Shown here: piece after piece, positions 1 to 7,488 of the stretch
Position numbering within the stretch: position 1 is the stretch's first letter
Layout: every line of letters begins with the position of its first letter
DNA from: a virus
Lineage: Duplodnaviria; Heunggongvirae; Uroviricota; Caudoviricetes
Strand: one strand, 5' to 3'
Virus record (IMG/VR): IMGVR_UViG_2600254997_000012
DNA: 11,286 bases
Program-made: the position numbers and the translations under genes
Notes under the pieces: generated by a model
Databases searched by the model: none
Told to the model about the DNA's origin: nothing
The model's input: the letters and a program-made list of their open reading frames with translations, nothing else

Positions 1-308
1 GGGACAAGCACTTCCAGGCTAACACAGTCAGAAATCGAAACGTACTCTCAACAGTTCGCTTAGGCATGGAAGTTTTGCGGCATTCTGGCTACACAATAAC
101 AAGGGAAGACTCACTCGTGGCTGCAACCCTGCTTACTCAAAATCTATTCACACATGGTTACGTTTTGGGGAAATTATGAGGGGATCTCTCAGAGCATGAT
201 ACCGATAAAAATCGCCCATAAGATCTTATCGAAATTGTAACCGCCAGCGCAATCGCTGCTGACAGTAGCAAAAGAGGTACCTGAATCTTCTGTCTCAATA
301 TAGAAAAC

Positions 309-497
309 TCAATAATTGCCGGCACAAACAATAATTCCACAGCAAAATAAAGGCGAAATACATTTAGCTCTTGCATAGAATGTTTTCTTTTCACTAGCGA
401 AAAAGAATACAACACCAATACCCCAACCGATAAGAAATATAGCAATGACGATAACTAGCAAAAAATAAACTTCTGGCAACATCATCAACACCTGCAC
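309..497 (-). CDS. Candidate small membrane protein (62 aa) downstream of late promoter; possibly part of a longer frameshifted gene
   Basis: ORF track; strongly hydrophobic helix LLVIVIAIFLIGWGIGVVFFFA followed by charged SEKKTFYARAK. Overlaps two other minus-strand ORFs in the other two frames. No family recognised. Confidence 0.3.
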   Translation of the reverse strand: MQVLMMLPEVYFLLVIVIAIFLIGWGIGVVFFFASEKKTFYARAKCISPLFCCGIIVCAGNY

Positions 498-627
498 CTA
501 CAATCCACCATGGGAAGCCGTAGTAAAAAGAAGTACCCCATCCATAGAAATAAGCACTCCCCCATCCAAGGCATCCCATGTAGGCAATAAAAAGTGAAGA
601 ACTCCTGAGCAGTGCACCATCCTTCAT
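394..627 (-). CDS. Candidate Gly/aromatic-rich hydrophobic peptide (start placed at internal MKDGALL, preceded by GGGTGG)
   Basis: ORF track 394..669; sequence SLFIAYMGCLGWGSAYFYGWGTSFYYGFPWWIVGAGV. Frame differs from 309..497 ORF; the two could be one gene split by a 1-bp indel. Low confidence. Confidence 0.2.
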   Translation of the reverse strand: MKDGALLRSSSLFIAYMGCLGWGSAYFYGWGTSFYYGFPWWIVGAGVDDVARSLFFASYRHCYISYRLGYWCCILFR

Positions 628-835
628 AACCACCCCAATACAAGATGATAACATTGGCTTACAACTCATAACAAAAGCAATTCAATGCCGTCAAGAGGTT
701 ACAGGCTAAAAAAACTCTATTACATTGCAGTCAGCATGTTTACTACACAAATACAATTCAGAGCATAAAAACTACTCGGCGGCAGGTTATTGAGACTCAT
801 CAATGACATGTAAAAAACGCCCATTATTGGTGTCA

Positions 836-864
836 AGTTTCCCCAAAGTTATTCAAAAAGTCAA
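836..864 (-). promoter_or_regulatory. Late promoter PR' with Q-utilisation (qut) region
   Basis: Minus strand reads TTGACT-ttttgaataactttggg-GAAACT-tgacaccaataatggg, 17-bp spacer, closely matching my recollection of lambda PR' (TTGACT-tattgaataaaattggg-TAAATT-tgactcaacgatggg). About 45 bp downstream of the Q stop. Confidence 0.6.
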
Positions 865-906
865 TATTATGCCGTTAATATGTTGCCATCCGTGGCAATC
901 ATGGCG

Positions 907-1530
907 CTAACGTGTGATCGCATTCAAAATGTTGTCTGCGATTGACTCTTCCTTGTGGCATTGCACAACCAGAGCGTCATACAGCGGCTTAACAGTGCGT
1001 GACCAGGTGGGTTGGGTAAGGTTTGGGATTAGCATCGTCACAGCGCGATATGCGGCGCTTGCTGGCATTCTTGAATAACCGACGCCTTTACATCTTCCGC
1101 ACTCTTTCTCAGCAACTATCCCCCACTGCTCTGTTTTGGCTATATCAACCGCACGGCCTGTACCGTGGCAATCTCTGCATCTTGCGCCCGGCGTCGCGGC
1201 ACTACGGCAATAATCCGCATAAGCGAATGTTGCGAGCACTTGCAGTACCTTTGCCTTAGTATTTCCTTCAAGCTTTGCCACGCCACGGTATTTCCCCGAT
1301 ACCTTGTGTGCAAATTGCATCAGATAGTTGATAGCCTTTTGTTTGTCGTTCTGGCTGAGTTCGTGCTTACCGCAGAATGCAGCCATTCCGAATCCGGCTT
1401 GTGATTGCGCCATCCCCATAGCAGCCATCACATCAGTACCGGAAAGAGAGTCAGAAGCCGTGGCCCGTGGTGAGTCGCTCATCATCGGGCTTTTTGGCGA
1501 ATGAAATTTAGCTACGCTTTCGAGTCTCAT
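907..1530 (-). CDS. Q: Late-gene antiterminator Q (lambda Q type, 207 aa)
   Basis: Protein from MRLESVAKFHSPKSPMMSD... with CRDCHGTGRAVD...CGRCKGVGY zinc motif matches lambda Q as I recall it. Start taken at internal ATG 1528-1530 (RBS AGAGGGGAAG upstream) rather than track start 1563, which would overlap the upstream small ORF. Confidence 0.9.
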   Translation of the reverse strand: MRLESVAKFHSPKSPMMSDSPRATASDSLSGTDVMAAMGMAQSQAGFGMAAFCGKHELSQNDKQKAINYLMQFAHKVSGKYRGVAKLEGNTKAKVLQVLATFAYADYCRSAATPGARCRDCHGTGRAVDIAKTEQWGIVAEKECGRCKGVGYSRMPASAAYRAVTMLIPNLTQPTWSRTVKPLYDALVVQCHKEESIADNILNAITR

Positions 1531-1541
1531 CGTCTTCCCCT

Positions 1542-1676
1542 CTATCCTTTGCAATGACACCACACTTCAAACATTCGTTTCACAACCTCACGACAGTAGA
1601 AGCCGTAAGCATCGCGGGTAAGATCGTAGCGATTGCCATAACGCTGGCGCATATATCGTTCGAATGCTTTGTTCAT
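1542..1676 (-). CDS. Small conserved ORF (44 aa) between rusA and Q, YlcG-like by position
   Basis: Hand-translated: MNKAFERYMRQRYGNRYDLTRDAYGFYCREVVKRMFEVWCHCKG. Start ATG overlaps rusA stop (ATGA); stop lies just before the Q RBS. Below the ORF-track length cutoff. The family assignment is positional only, from the DLP12 rusA-ylcG-quuD order. Confidence 0.45.
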   Translation of the reverse strand: MNKAFERYMRQRYGNRYDLTRDAYGFYCREVVKRMFEVWCHCKG

Positions 1677-2035
1677 GTGTTCTCCAGTTCGGTGATTTTT
1701 ATTCCAAGCCTTCCGCCTGGTACTTTCACACCACGAATTACGCGAATGTCATCGAATTGCTCGTCGTCTTCCGCAAATCCGGCGTGGATAAGGGAGTCGA
1801 GTAAACCTTTCAGGATGTTGTCGAGGTCGCGGCGGCGGGAGTCTGGAACGTCTGCGATGACTTTGATACGGAGTCGTGATTTGGTGAAAATGTCTAACTT
1901 GAGTTGGCGAATGATTTGCTGAACGTCTTTTCGGTATTTCTGGCCTTTATCGCTGATGTAGTATTGGCCTCCCCGTCTTCGCCAGTAGGTATTCACCGAC
2001 GGCGGGTATGGAAGCACAAACTGATATTCGTTCAT
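1673..2035 (-). CDS. rusA: Holliday junction resolvase RusA
   Basis: 120 aa; YPPSVNTYWRRRG...RRRDLDNILKGLLDSL... matches RusA family catalytic motifs and length. Confidence 0.9.
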   Translation of the reverse strand: MNEYQFVLPYPPSVNTYWRRRGGQYYISDKGQKYRKDVQQIIRQLKLDIFTKSRLRIKVIADVPDSRRRDLDNILKGLLDSLIHAGFAEDDEQFDDIRVIRGVKVPGGRLGIKITELENT

Positions 2036-2322
2036 GGCTTAATCTTCCCCTCCTTCAGCAGTATCGCCTGCGTCCTGATCACGCCTTCGAGGTGGTAAAG
2101 TCTGGCGTCTTTGTTGTCGAGGTTATGGGTGCGTCGGTCGATTTCATCGTGACACGCGCTACAAGCCCATGCGCCGATCAGGTCGTCAGGCTTCATTCCC
2201 GTTCCGCAAATTCCAGCCATCCGGTAATGTGCCAGAACTGTAGTTTCAGGGTTGCCATTGCATACGCCGTAAATACGTACCTGGCATTCTCTGCCGCGAG
2301 CTTCTTTGCGTAGGTTAGCCAT
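2032..2322 (-). CDS. YbcO-like protein (DUF1364, putative Cys/His metal-binding nuclease)
   Basis: 96 aa, multiple Cys/His (CQVRIYGVC...CSACHDEID). Position immediately upstream of rusA as in DLP12 (ybcO-rusA); stop/start overlap with neighbours. Confidence 0.65.
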   Translation of the reverse strand: MANLRKEARGRECQVRIYGVCNGNPETTVLAHYRMAGICGTGMKPDDLIGAWACSACHDEIDRRTHNLDNKDARLYHLEGVIRTQAILLKEGKIKP

Positions 2323-3044
2323 TAAGCAGCCTCCCCTGTTACTTTCAGCATTCCGTTATCGAGCAGCTTTCTGGTCAGCCACTGTTGACCACACCCGGTG
2401 ATTTTTGTGGTGAACGATATCTGTATTCCGTGATTTGTGTTGACCGCTGTTTCTTTCACTGTGAAATAGCCGCGATCCATATATTCCTGCATTGGCACAT
2501 TGCGCCGGGAACCTGAAGCAATAAGGATTTTGTGATCGCGCATCCACGCAAACAGTTTGTTTGGACCAATTCCAACAACCTTTGCAAAGTTTCCAATCAA
2601 AATTCCGCTGGCCTCGCCAACGCGATCGGCAAACTCAACTTTAGGTGCGGCAATTGCTAGCTGGTTTTCCAGTTGCATTTTCTGCTCAGCAAGGTCAGCA
2701 GCAAGGCGCAACGCTTCTGGTAGCGTTTTTGGGATATTAACCGCAGCTTCTTCAAGCTCTCGCCAACGGTCAACAAGGCGAGCCGTGAATTCCGGCGACA
2801 ACTGGGCTACAACGACAATACTGTCTCGCTTTCCTTGTTCGCCTTCGAATACATACACACAAAAACTTTGATTTAAGCCTAACCCATTGATTCTTCCACA
2901 ATCCTCAATTTGAGGAAGCCGGATAACACCATTTTTAGCCAGCGTTTCGATGGTACGTTTCACATTGTCATGACGCTTACCAACCAACTCAGCGATTTCA
3001 ATGCTTGTCATTTTTATGGCATTGCCATTTATTAACTCATTCAT
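2322..3044 (-). CDS. Antirepressor-like protein (Rha-type N-terminal domain plus KilAC/ANT-type C-terminal domain)
   Basis: 240 aa; N-terminus MTSIEIAELVGKRHDNVKRTIETLAKNGVI resembles phage regulatory protein Rha; C-terminal half resembles the antirepressor KilAC domain. Assigned from memory of family signatures, not a search. Confidence 0.6.
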   Translation of the reverse strand: MNELINGNAIKMTSIEIAELVGKRHDNVKRTIETLAKNGVIRLPQIEDCGRINGLGLNQSFCVYVFEGEQGKRDSIVVVAQLSPEFTARLVDRWRELEEAAVNIPKTLPEALRLAADLAEQKMQLENQLAIAAPKVEFADRVGEASGILIGNFAKVVGIGPNKLFAWMRDHKILIASGSRRNVPMQEYMDRGYFTVKETAVNTNHGIQISFTTKITGCGQQWLTRKLLDNGMLKVTGEAA

Positions 3045-3207
3045 CGTCTTCTTCCTCGTACATTGAGCTATTCGGATCGCTCATAAGTTCTGCGCAACAG
3101 TGCTCACACACGTGAACTTCCAGCACATGCAGCTTCTGACCGCAGTTAGCGCACGTTAAAGCTCGCTCGACGCTTTCTTGTTCGTAACTTCGATTTTGGT
3201 CAATCAC
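3037..3207 (-). CDS. ninF: NinF
   Basis: C-terminal [44 protein letters not shown] matches lambda NinF. Track ORF 3037..3249 overlaps ninE; a GTG at 3205-3207 overlapping the ninE stop gives a 56-aa product, so the start is uncertain. Confidence 0.7.
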   Translation of the reverse strand: MIDQNRSYEQESVERALTCANCGQKLHVLEVHVCEHCCAELMSDPNSSMYEEEDDE

Positions 3208-3386
3208 CTTGTTTTCCTCGCACAATGTCTTAGCCACCGGATATCCCACAGGTGAGCCGTGTAGTTGAAGGTTTTTACGTCAGATTCTTTTGGGATTGGC
3301 TTGCGTTTATTTCTGTAGCGTTTCGTTGGAAGGTATTTGCAGTTTTCGCAGATGATGTCGGTGAAACTTCGTCGCTGTCGTCTCAT
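3204..3386 (-). CDS. ninE: NinE
   Basis: 60-aa product [52 protein letters not shown]... matches lambda NinE. Start at internal ATG overlapping the methyltransferase stop (ATGA); the track ORF extends further upstream in frame. Confidence 0.8.
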   Translation of the reverse strand: MRRQRRSFTDIICENCKYLPTKRYRNKRKPIPKESDVKTFNYTAHLWDIRWLRHCARKTR

Positions 3387-3910
3387 GCTGCCCTCCTGAC
3401 GCCCTGCCCGATCGCCATCAATGCCGCTTTGGATACAGTAGTAAACATCCGTCGAGAACTGATGAACGGTCGCCAAATCAGCAGCATGGAACCTTTGCTG
3501 TTTCCCTTCTTCTCCAGTCCTGTCGATGGTTCGACAAAATTAATCCGTCCATCAGTGATAATACGAACTTCGTCGACACTCTCCAGAGCCTTGCTGAACC
3601 ATCCGACTGACATATCCTCTGGCACAAGCATCACTACCGTCTGTCGTTGTTGTATACACTGCTCAGCGGCTTTTTCCACCCACGGCCTGATATTGCTGTA
3701 CGGTGGGTTATTCCAGATTGCACCGTGGCTTACCCACTCAGAATTTAGCGCGTCGTCAGCCTCAGTTAGCCAGTGAGCGCACAGAGCATTTTTGTCGCTC
3801 GCTGCCGAATCCAGCCAGAATCCAAACTCAATATCCAGTGCATCAAAAAGCCAAAGCGGCGTTTGCCAGCAGTCCTTGTCGTGTGCTGGCGTATTTGATT
3901 TGATAGTCAT
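3383..3910 (-). CDS. Phage-type DNA N6-adenine methyltransferase (Dam-like)
   Basis: 175 aa; [11 protein letters not shown] near N-terminus and catalytic NPPY motif ([10 protein letters not shown]), typical of small phage Dam methylases occupying the ninC/ninD slot. Confidence 0.8.
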   Translation of the reverse strand: MTIKSNTPAHDKDCWQTPLWLFDALDIEFGFWLDSAASDKNALCAHWLTEADDALNSEWVSHGAIWNNPPYSNIRPWVEKAAEQCIQQRQTVVMLVPEDMSVGWFSKALESVDEVRIITDGRINFVEPSTGLEKKGNSKGSMLLIWRPFISSRRMFTTVSKAALMAIGQGVRRAA

Positions 3911-4353
3911 GCAGCCCTACCTTTTCGTTGTGACCATTCATACTCTCGCCGGGAGTCATCACTCCACCGCACGTTGCGCTCTGAGCCGAACCAGAACATG
4001 ATTTCGATAAGCTCAGTCATGCTGGCCTTTCGCATTTTGCTGGTACGCACGCCAAGCATGACAACGCCACCGTCGATACCAGGCGCACTTCGTTGCTCCA
4101 GTTTTTTGGTCTTAAGCCACAGGGCAGTGAACAGATCTTTCCAGTCCTCCGGCGCAAGTCTCTTTCCATGCCAAAGCACCTGACGTGATACGTCCTGCAA
4201 TAACGCCCACATAAGGCGGTTTTGAGGATTGCTCCGCCTGGGTTCTTTAATGTGGACTTCGTGAGGTGACTTGTCGTCGATCGGAAGTGAGAGTATTGCG
4301 TCTATGGCGTTGTTTCTGATTGCTTCGTTGCGAAGCATGTATATTTGCTTCAT
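3907..4353 (-). CDS. ninB: Recombination protein NinB
   Basis: 148 aa; N-terminal region through ...NPQNRLMWALLQDVSRQVLWHG and C-terminal ...[19 protein letters not shown] align with lambda NinB. Confidence 0.85.
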   Translation of the reverse strand: MKQIYMLRNEAIRNNAIDAILSLPIDDKSPHEVHIKEPRRSNPQNRLMWALLQDVSRQVLWHGKRLAPEDWKDLFTALWLKTKKLEQRSAPGIDGGVVMLGVRTSKMRKASMTELIEIMFWFGSERNVRWSDDSRREYEWSQRKGRAA

Positions 4354-4375
4354 TGTTACCTCGACTTAATTCTGC

Positions 4376-4702
4376 TCATTGATACCCCCTCTCACTTAAT
4401 CGCCTCCACACTTCGTTAAACTCTTCTCGGGTTGCGCCGGATTTTCTTTCTTCAAACATCATGCATTCGCTGATGTCTCCCCATGACTTTGGTCGCTTTT
4501 CAGCAAACAGATCATCCCATTCGAATACCCAACGGCCTGATTTTCGGTAGTGGTAAATAGTCAGCCATGTTGTGCTGTTCGCCGGATACCCATAGAGAAC
4601 TTCGACTTTTTGATCACGGTCTTTATGCTTCTTCAGCAGGATAAAGCCAGCAACCAGCGAAGCTCCGGCAAGAATGATGATTGGTATTTGCCAGTCAGCC
4701 AC
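4376..4702 (-). CDS. Hypothetical membrane-anchored protein (108 aa, one N-terminal TM helix), GTG start
   Basis: ORF track; N-terminal IPIIILAGASLVAGFILL then soluble domain rich in W and charged residues. RBS GGGGGAGAG 7 nt upstream of GTG 4700-4702. Sits directly after the tR2-like terminator. No family recognised. Confidence 0.5.
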   Translation of the reverse strand: MADWQIPIIILAGASLVAGFILLKKHKDRDQKVEVLYGYPANSTTWLTIYHYRKSGRWVFEWDDLFAEKRPKSWGDISECMMFEERKSGATREEFNEVWRRLSERGYQ

Positions 4703-4717
4703 GATTTACTCTCCCCC

Positions 4718-4749
4718 AAATAAAAAGGCCTGCGATTACCAGCAGGCCT
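4718..4749 (-). terminator. Intrinsic terminator, tR2-like (after ren, start of nin region)
   Basis: Minus strand AGGCCTGC-tggtaatc-GCAGGCCT hairpin (8-bp GC-rich stem) followed by TTTTTATTT. Confidence 0.55.
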
Positions 4750-4774
4750 GTTATTAGCTCAGTGATGTAGATGG

Positions 4775-5065
4775 TCATCTTTTAACTCCATATACCGCCA
4801 ATACCCGTTTCATCGCGGCACTCTGGCGACACTCCTTAAAAATTAGGTTCGTGCTCATCTTTCCTTCCCGTTCTTCCTTGGTAGCAAACCGGTAATACAC
4901 CGTTCGCCAGACCTTACCTTCGATAACCAGAAGACCTGCCCGTGCCATTTTAGCCGCGGCCTGATTTATGCTGGTTACTGTTGCGCCTGTTAGCGCGGCA
5001 ACGTCCGGCGCACAGAAGCTATTATGCGTCCCCAGGTAATGAATAATTGCCTCTTTGCCCGTCAT
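4775..5065 (-). CDS. ren: Ren protein (lambda ren)
   Basis: 96 aa, MTGKEAIIHYLGTHNSFCAPDVAALTGATVTSINQAAAKMARAG... nearly identical to lambda Ren as I recall it. Confidence 0.9.
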   Translation of the reverse strand: MTGKEAIIHYLGTHNSFCAPDVAALTGATVTSINQAAAKMARAGLLVIEGKVWRTVYYRFATKEEREGKMSTNLIFKECRQSAAMKRVLAVYGVKR

Positions 5066-5763
5066 ACACTTGCTCCTTTCAGTCCGAACTTAGCTTTGAG
5101 TTCTGCGATCTTCGCCAGAGCCTGTGCACGATTTAGAGGTCTACCGCCCATGACAGGAAGTTGTTTTACTGGTTCAGGGATCGACTCACCACGGTTAATT
5201 CTCGCAGTCATATGGACAAGCTCATCTGCGGCCTTACGGCGTAATTCCGCATCAGTAAGCGCATTGGCCCGCATGTTCTGATACAGGTTGGTAACCAGCC
5301 AGTAGTGCGCGTTTGATTTCCACGGATAAGACTCCGCATCCGGATACAGGCCTCGCTTCCGGCAATACTCGTAAACCATATCAACCAGCTCGCTGACGTT
5401 TGGCAGTCCGGCGATAACGGATGCTTCTTCCCGGCACCATGCAACAAACTGCCCGGGTGATGGCAGAAATGGTCGATTCTGCCGACGGGCTACGCGCATT
5501 CCTGCGTTAACCTGTTCCATTGTGGTGATCCCGTTTTCCCGGAAAGCCAGAACCCACTGGCGGCGGATTTCGTTCAGTTCGTTCTGGTCACGGTTAGCCA
5601 GGCTCGCCGGGAAAGTTGCCAGTAACTGGCTGAACACACCGTTGATGATCTGCGCTACCTGTTGTACCTGCGGCTTTTCGTCGTACTGTTCCGGCATGTT
5701 GTTGGCGATCCGACGCATCTGCTCACGGTCAAAGTTAACCATCTGTGCGGCGATGTTTTTCAT
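5062..5763 (-). CDS. P: Replication protein P (DnaB helicase loader)
   Basis: 233 aa, same length as lambda P and recognisably the same sequence; overlaps O stop and ren start. Confidence 0.95.
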   Translation of the reverse strand: MKNIAAQMVNFDREQMRRIANNMPEQYDEKPQVQQVAQIINGVFSQLLATFPASLANRDQNELNEIRRQWVLAFRENGITTMEQVNAGMRVARRQNRPFLPSPGQFVAWCREEASVIAGLPNVSELVDMVYEYCRKRGLYPDAESYPWKSNAHYWLVTNLYQNMRANALTDAELRRKAADELVHMTARINRGESIPEPVKQLPVMGGRPLNRAQALAKIAELKAKFGLKGASV

Positions 5764-6659
5764 AAATCCACCCCGTAAATCCAGTCAGTGTTTGTCAGGT
5801 CGAGTTTTGGTTTGCTGGCTGTCACGCCTGCCTGTTGCTTGTTACGGTTGATTTCGAGCTGGGTCCACTTGTCGCGGAGTTTGGCCGGACTCAGCACGTT
5901 ACCGGACCAGAAGTTGTCCTGGCAGGCCCAGCGGAAAAGCACACACATATCGCGGTGGTTACGTCCGTCACGTTCACGCATCAGGCGGATATCGTTAGCC
6001 CACCCAGCAAAATTCGGTTTTCTGGCTGATGGCGCGATGGTCTTCACCATGTCAAACATCCACTCTGCGGCGGTCAGGTCTTCTGCTGTTCCCCACTTGC
6101 TGCCGCTCTGAATTGCAGCATCCGGTTTAACCACAGAAAGATCGTTTTTCTGGCTGGTCAGAGGATTCGCCAGAATTCTCGGACGAATAATCTTTTCTTT
6201 TTCTTTTGTAATAGTGTCTTTTGTGTCCCCCTGTTTTGAGGGATAGCAATCCCCCAATTTGAGGGATGTTTTATCCCTCGTTTTAGGGGATTTTCCCTCG
6301 TTTTGAGGGATACACCATTCTGAGATGTTTTTATTTGGTCCAAACATGCCGCCTTGCTGCTTGATAATATTCATTCTGACGAGTTCTAACTTGGCTTCAT
6401 TGCACCGTTTGACGGGTAACTTTGTAATCTCGCTAAGTTGAGAATCGGTGATTCTGTCCATTGGTTTATTCCACCCATAGGTTTTACGCAGAATGGCAAG
6501 CAGCACTTTAAACTGTCGCTTGGTCAGATCTGCGCCTGAATAAGCCTCAAGCAGCATATTTGATAGTCTGGCGTAACCATCATCGAGATCTGCCACATTA
6601 CGCTCCTGTCCGGCAAAGTTACCTCTGCCGAAGTTGAGTATTTTTGCTGTATTTGTCAT
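5760..6659 (-). CDS. O: Replication initiator protein O
   Basis: 299 aa, same length as lambda O; contains the iteron array and AT-rich origin inside the coding sequence. Confidence 0.95.
   Translation of the reverse strand: MTNTAKILNFGRGNFAGQERNVADLDDGYARLSNMLLEAYSGADLTKRQFKVLLAILRKTYGWNKPMDRITDSQLSEITKLPVKRCNEAKLELVRMNIIKQQGGMFGPNKNISEWCIPQNEGKSPKTRDKTSLKLGDCYPSKQGDTKDTITKEKEKIIRPRILANPLTSQKNDLSVVKPDAAIQSGSKWGTAEDLTAAEWMFDMVKTIAPSARKPNFAGWANDIRLMRERDGRNHRDMCVLFRWACQDNFWSGNVLSPAKLRDKWTQLEINRNKQQAGVTASKPKLDLTNTDWIYGVDL
6186..6312. repeat. Replication origin (ori-lambda type): four iterons (about 6224-6312) plus adjacent AT-rich unwinding region (about 6186-6223)
   Basis: Four ~18-bp inverted-symmetry repeats: TCCCCCTGTTTTGAGGGA, ATCCCCCAATTTGAGGGAT, ATCCCTCGTTTTAGGGGA, TCCCTCGTTTTGAGGGA, then tcttttctttttcttttgtaatagtgtcttttgtg. 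Confidence 0.85.
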
Positions 6660-6691
6660 AATGACTCCTGTTGATAGATCCAGTAATGACC

Positions 6692-6988
6692 TCAGAACTC
6701 CATCTGGATTTGTTCAGAACGCTCGGTTGCCGCCGGGCGTTTTTTCTTTGTGATTCCATCAAGCGCATACTTAAAAGCCCTGCTAATTGGACTGATGTCT
6801 GATGCCATTCCGAAAGCACACAAGACCGAAGCAATAAACCGCCAGTCCGTTCTGCTTATCTTCGATTCATGACAGCCAATCATCTTTGCCAGACCACGCT
6901 GGGTAAGCGTTGACAGGTTGATGAGTAAATCTGTTTCTGCGCGATCAACGTCACGCTGTGATAGTTTGCTGTAACTTGTTTGTTCCAT
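6692..6988 (-). CDS. cII: Transcriptional activator CII (hybrid: non-lambda N-terminal region, lambda-like C-terminus)
   Basis: 98 aa; C-terminal KKRPAATERSEQIQMEF matches lambda CII; position immediately upstream of O. Confidence 0.8.
   Translation of the reverse strand: MEQTSYSKLSQRDVDRAETDLLINLSTLTQRGLAKMIGCHESKISRTDWRFIASVLCAFGMASDISPISRAFKYALDGITKKKRPAATERSEQIQMEF
6966..6979 (+). promoter_or_regulatory. Possible CII-binding direct repeat of a PRE-like promoter (TTGC-N6-TTGT)
   Basis: TTGCtgtaacTTGT on plus strand inside the first codons of cII, where lambda has TTGC-N6-TTGC overlapping the PRE -35. Positional analogy only. Confidence 0.3.
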
Positions 6989-7091
6989 TTCTTAAGATTT
7001 CCAATAGTGAATAGTTAGTTGAAAGGTATGCGTGGAAACGCATATGGCCTTAGTTGGTCAGATATCTTGGGGCTCGCTTTTCAGCGACGTA

Positions 7092-7104
7092 GGACGAATG
7101 TCCG
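7092..7104 (-). promoter_or_regulatory. nutR boxB hairpin (separated from its boxA by the IS insertion)
   Basis: Minus strand CGGACATTCGTCC (stem GGAC/GTCC, loop ATTC) directly abutting the left target duplication; same architecture as nutL boxB GTCGA-ACTC-TCGAC. Confidence 0.45.
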
Positions 7105-7161
7105 TTGTGAACCGCCCCGGGAATCCTGGAGACTAAACTCCCTGAGAAAGAGGTAAACAGG

Positions 7162-7488
7162 ATGACTAAAAATACTCGTTTTTCCCCCGAAGTCCGTCAG
7201 AGGGCGATTCGTATGGTTCTGGAAAGTCAGGGCGAATATGACTCACAGTGGGCGGCAATTTGTTCCATTGCCCCAAAGATTGGCTGTACACCGGAGACTC
7301 TGCGTGTCTGGGTACGCCAGCATGAGCGGGATACCGGAGGCGGTGATGGCGGGCTCACCACCGCTGAACGTCAGCGTCTGAAAGAGTTGGAACGTGAAAA
7401 TCGTGAACTGCGCCGCAGTAACGATATCCTTCGCCAGGCTTCCGCTTATTTTGCGAAGGCGGAGTTCGACCGCCTCTGGAAAAAGTGA
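7162..7488 (+). CDS. IS3-family transposase OrfA (HTH DNA-binding subunit)
   Basis: 108 aa [41 protein letters not shown]...; ends at TGG AAA AAG TGA, a candidate -1 slippage site giving an OrfAB fusion. Confidence 0.9.
   Translation: MTKNTRFSPEVRQRAIRMVLESQGEYDSQWAAICSIAPKIGCTPETLRVWVRQHERDTGGGDGGLTTAERQRLKELERENRELRRSNDILRQASAYFAKAEFDRLWKK

Noticed and set aside
158-445. Minus-strand ORF 158..445 (95 aa) as an independent gene
   Set aside because: Its upstream half overlaps the better-looking hydrophobic ORF 309..497 in another frame and its sequence is low-complexity; kept only as part of the unresolved region in the findings.
1-906. tRNA genes or Shiga toxin genes downstream of Q, as found in Stx phages
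   Set aside because: No tRNA-like cloverleaf signatures (for example a GGTTCGAATCC T-arm) and no long ORF compatible with stxA/stxB were seen in the region after PR'.
1023-6111. Plus-strand ORFs in the track (1023..1259, 1165..1404, 1554..1922, 1904..2098, 2008..2313, 2557..2871, 3252..3776, 3703..3903, 3792..4001, 3974..4183, 5024..5281, 5522..5851, 5788..6111, 5835..6029)
   Set aside because: All lie antisense to well-supported minus-strand lambdoid genes (Q, rusA, ybcO-like, ant, ninE/F, dam, ninB, ren, P, O), have no recognisable family features and no convincing RBS; treated as shadow ORFs.
6224-6312. Tandem ~18-bp repeats that might be taken for a CRISPR-like array
   Set aside because: Only four units, each internally palindromic, contiguous without spacers, and embedded in the O gene: classic ori-lambda iterons.
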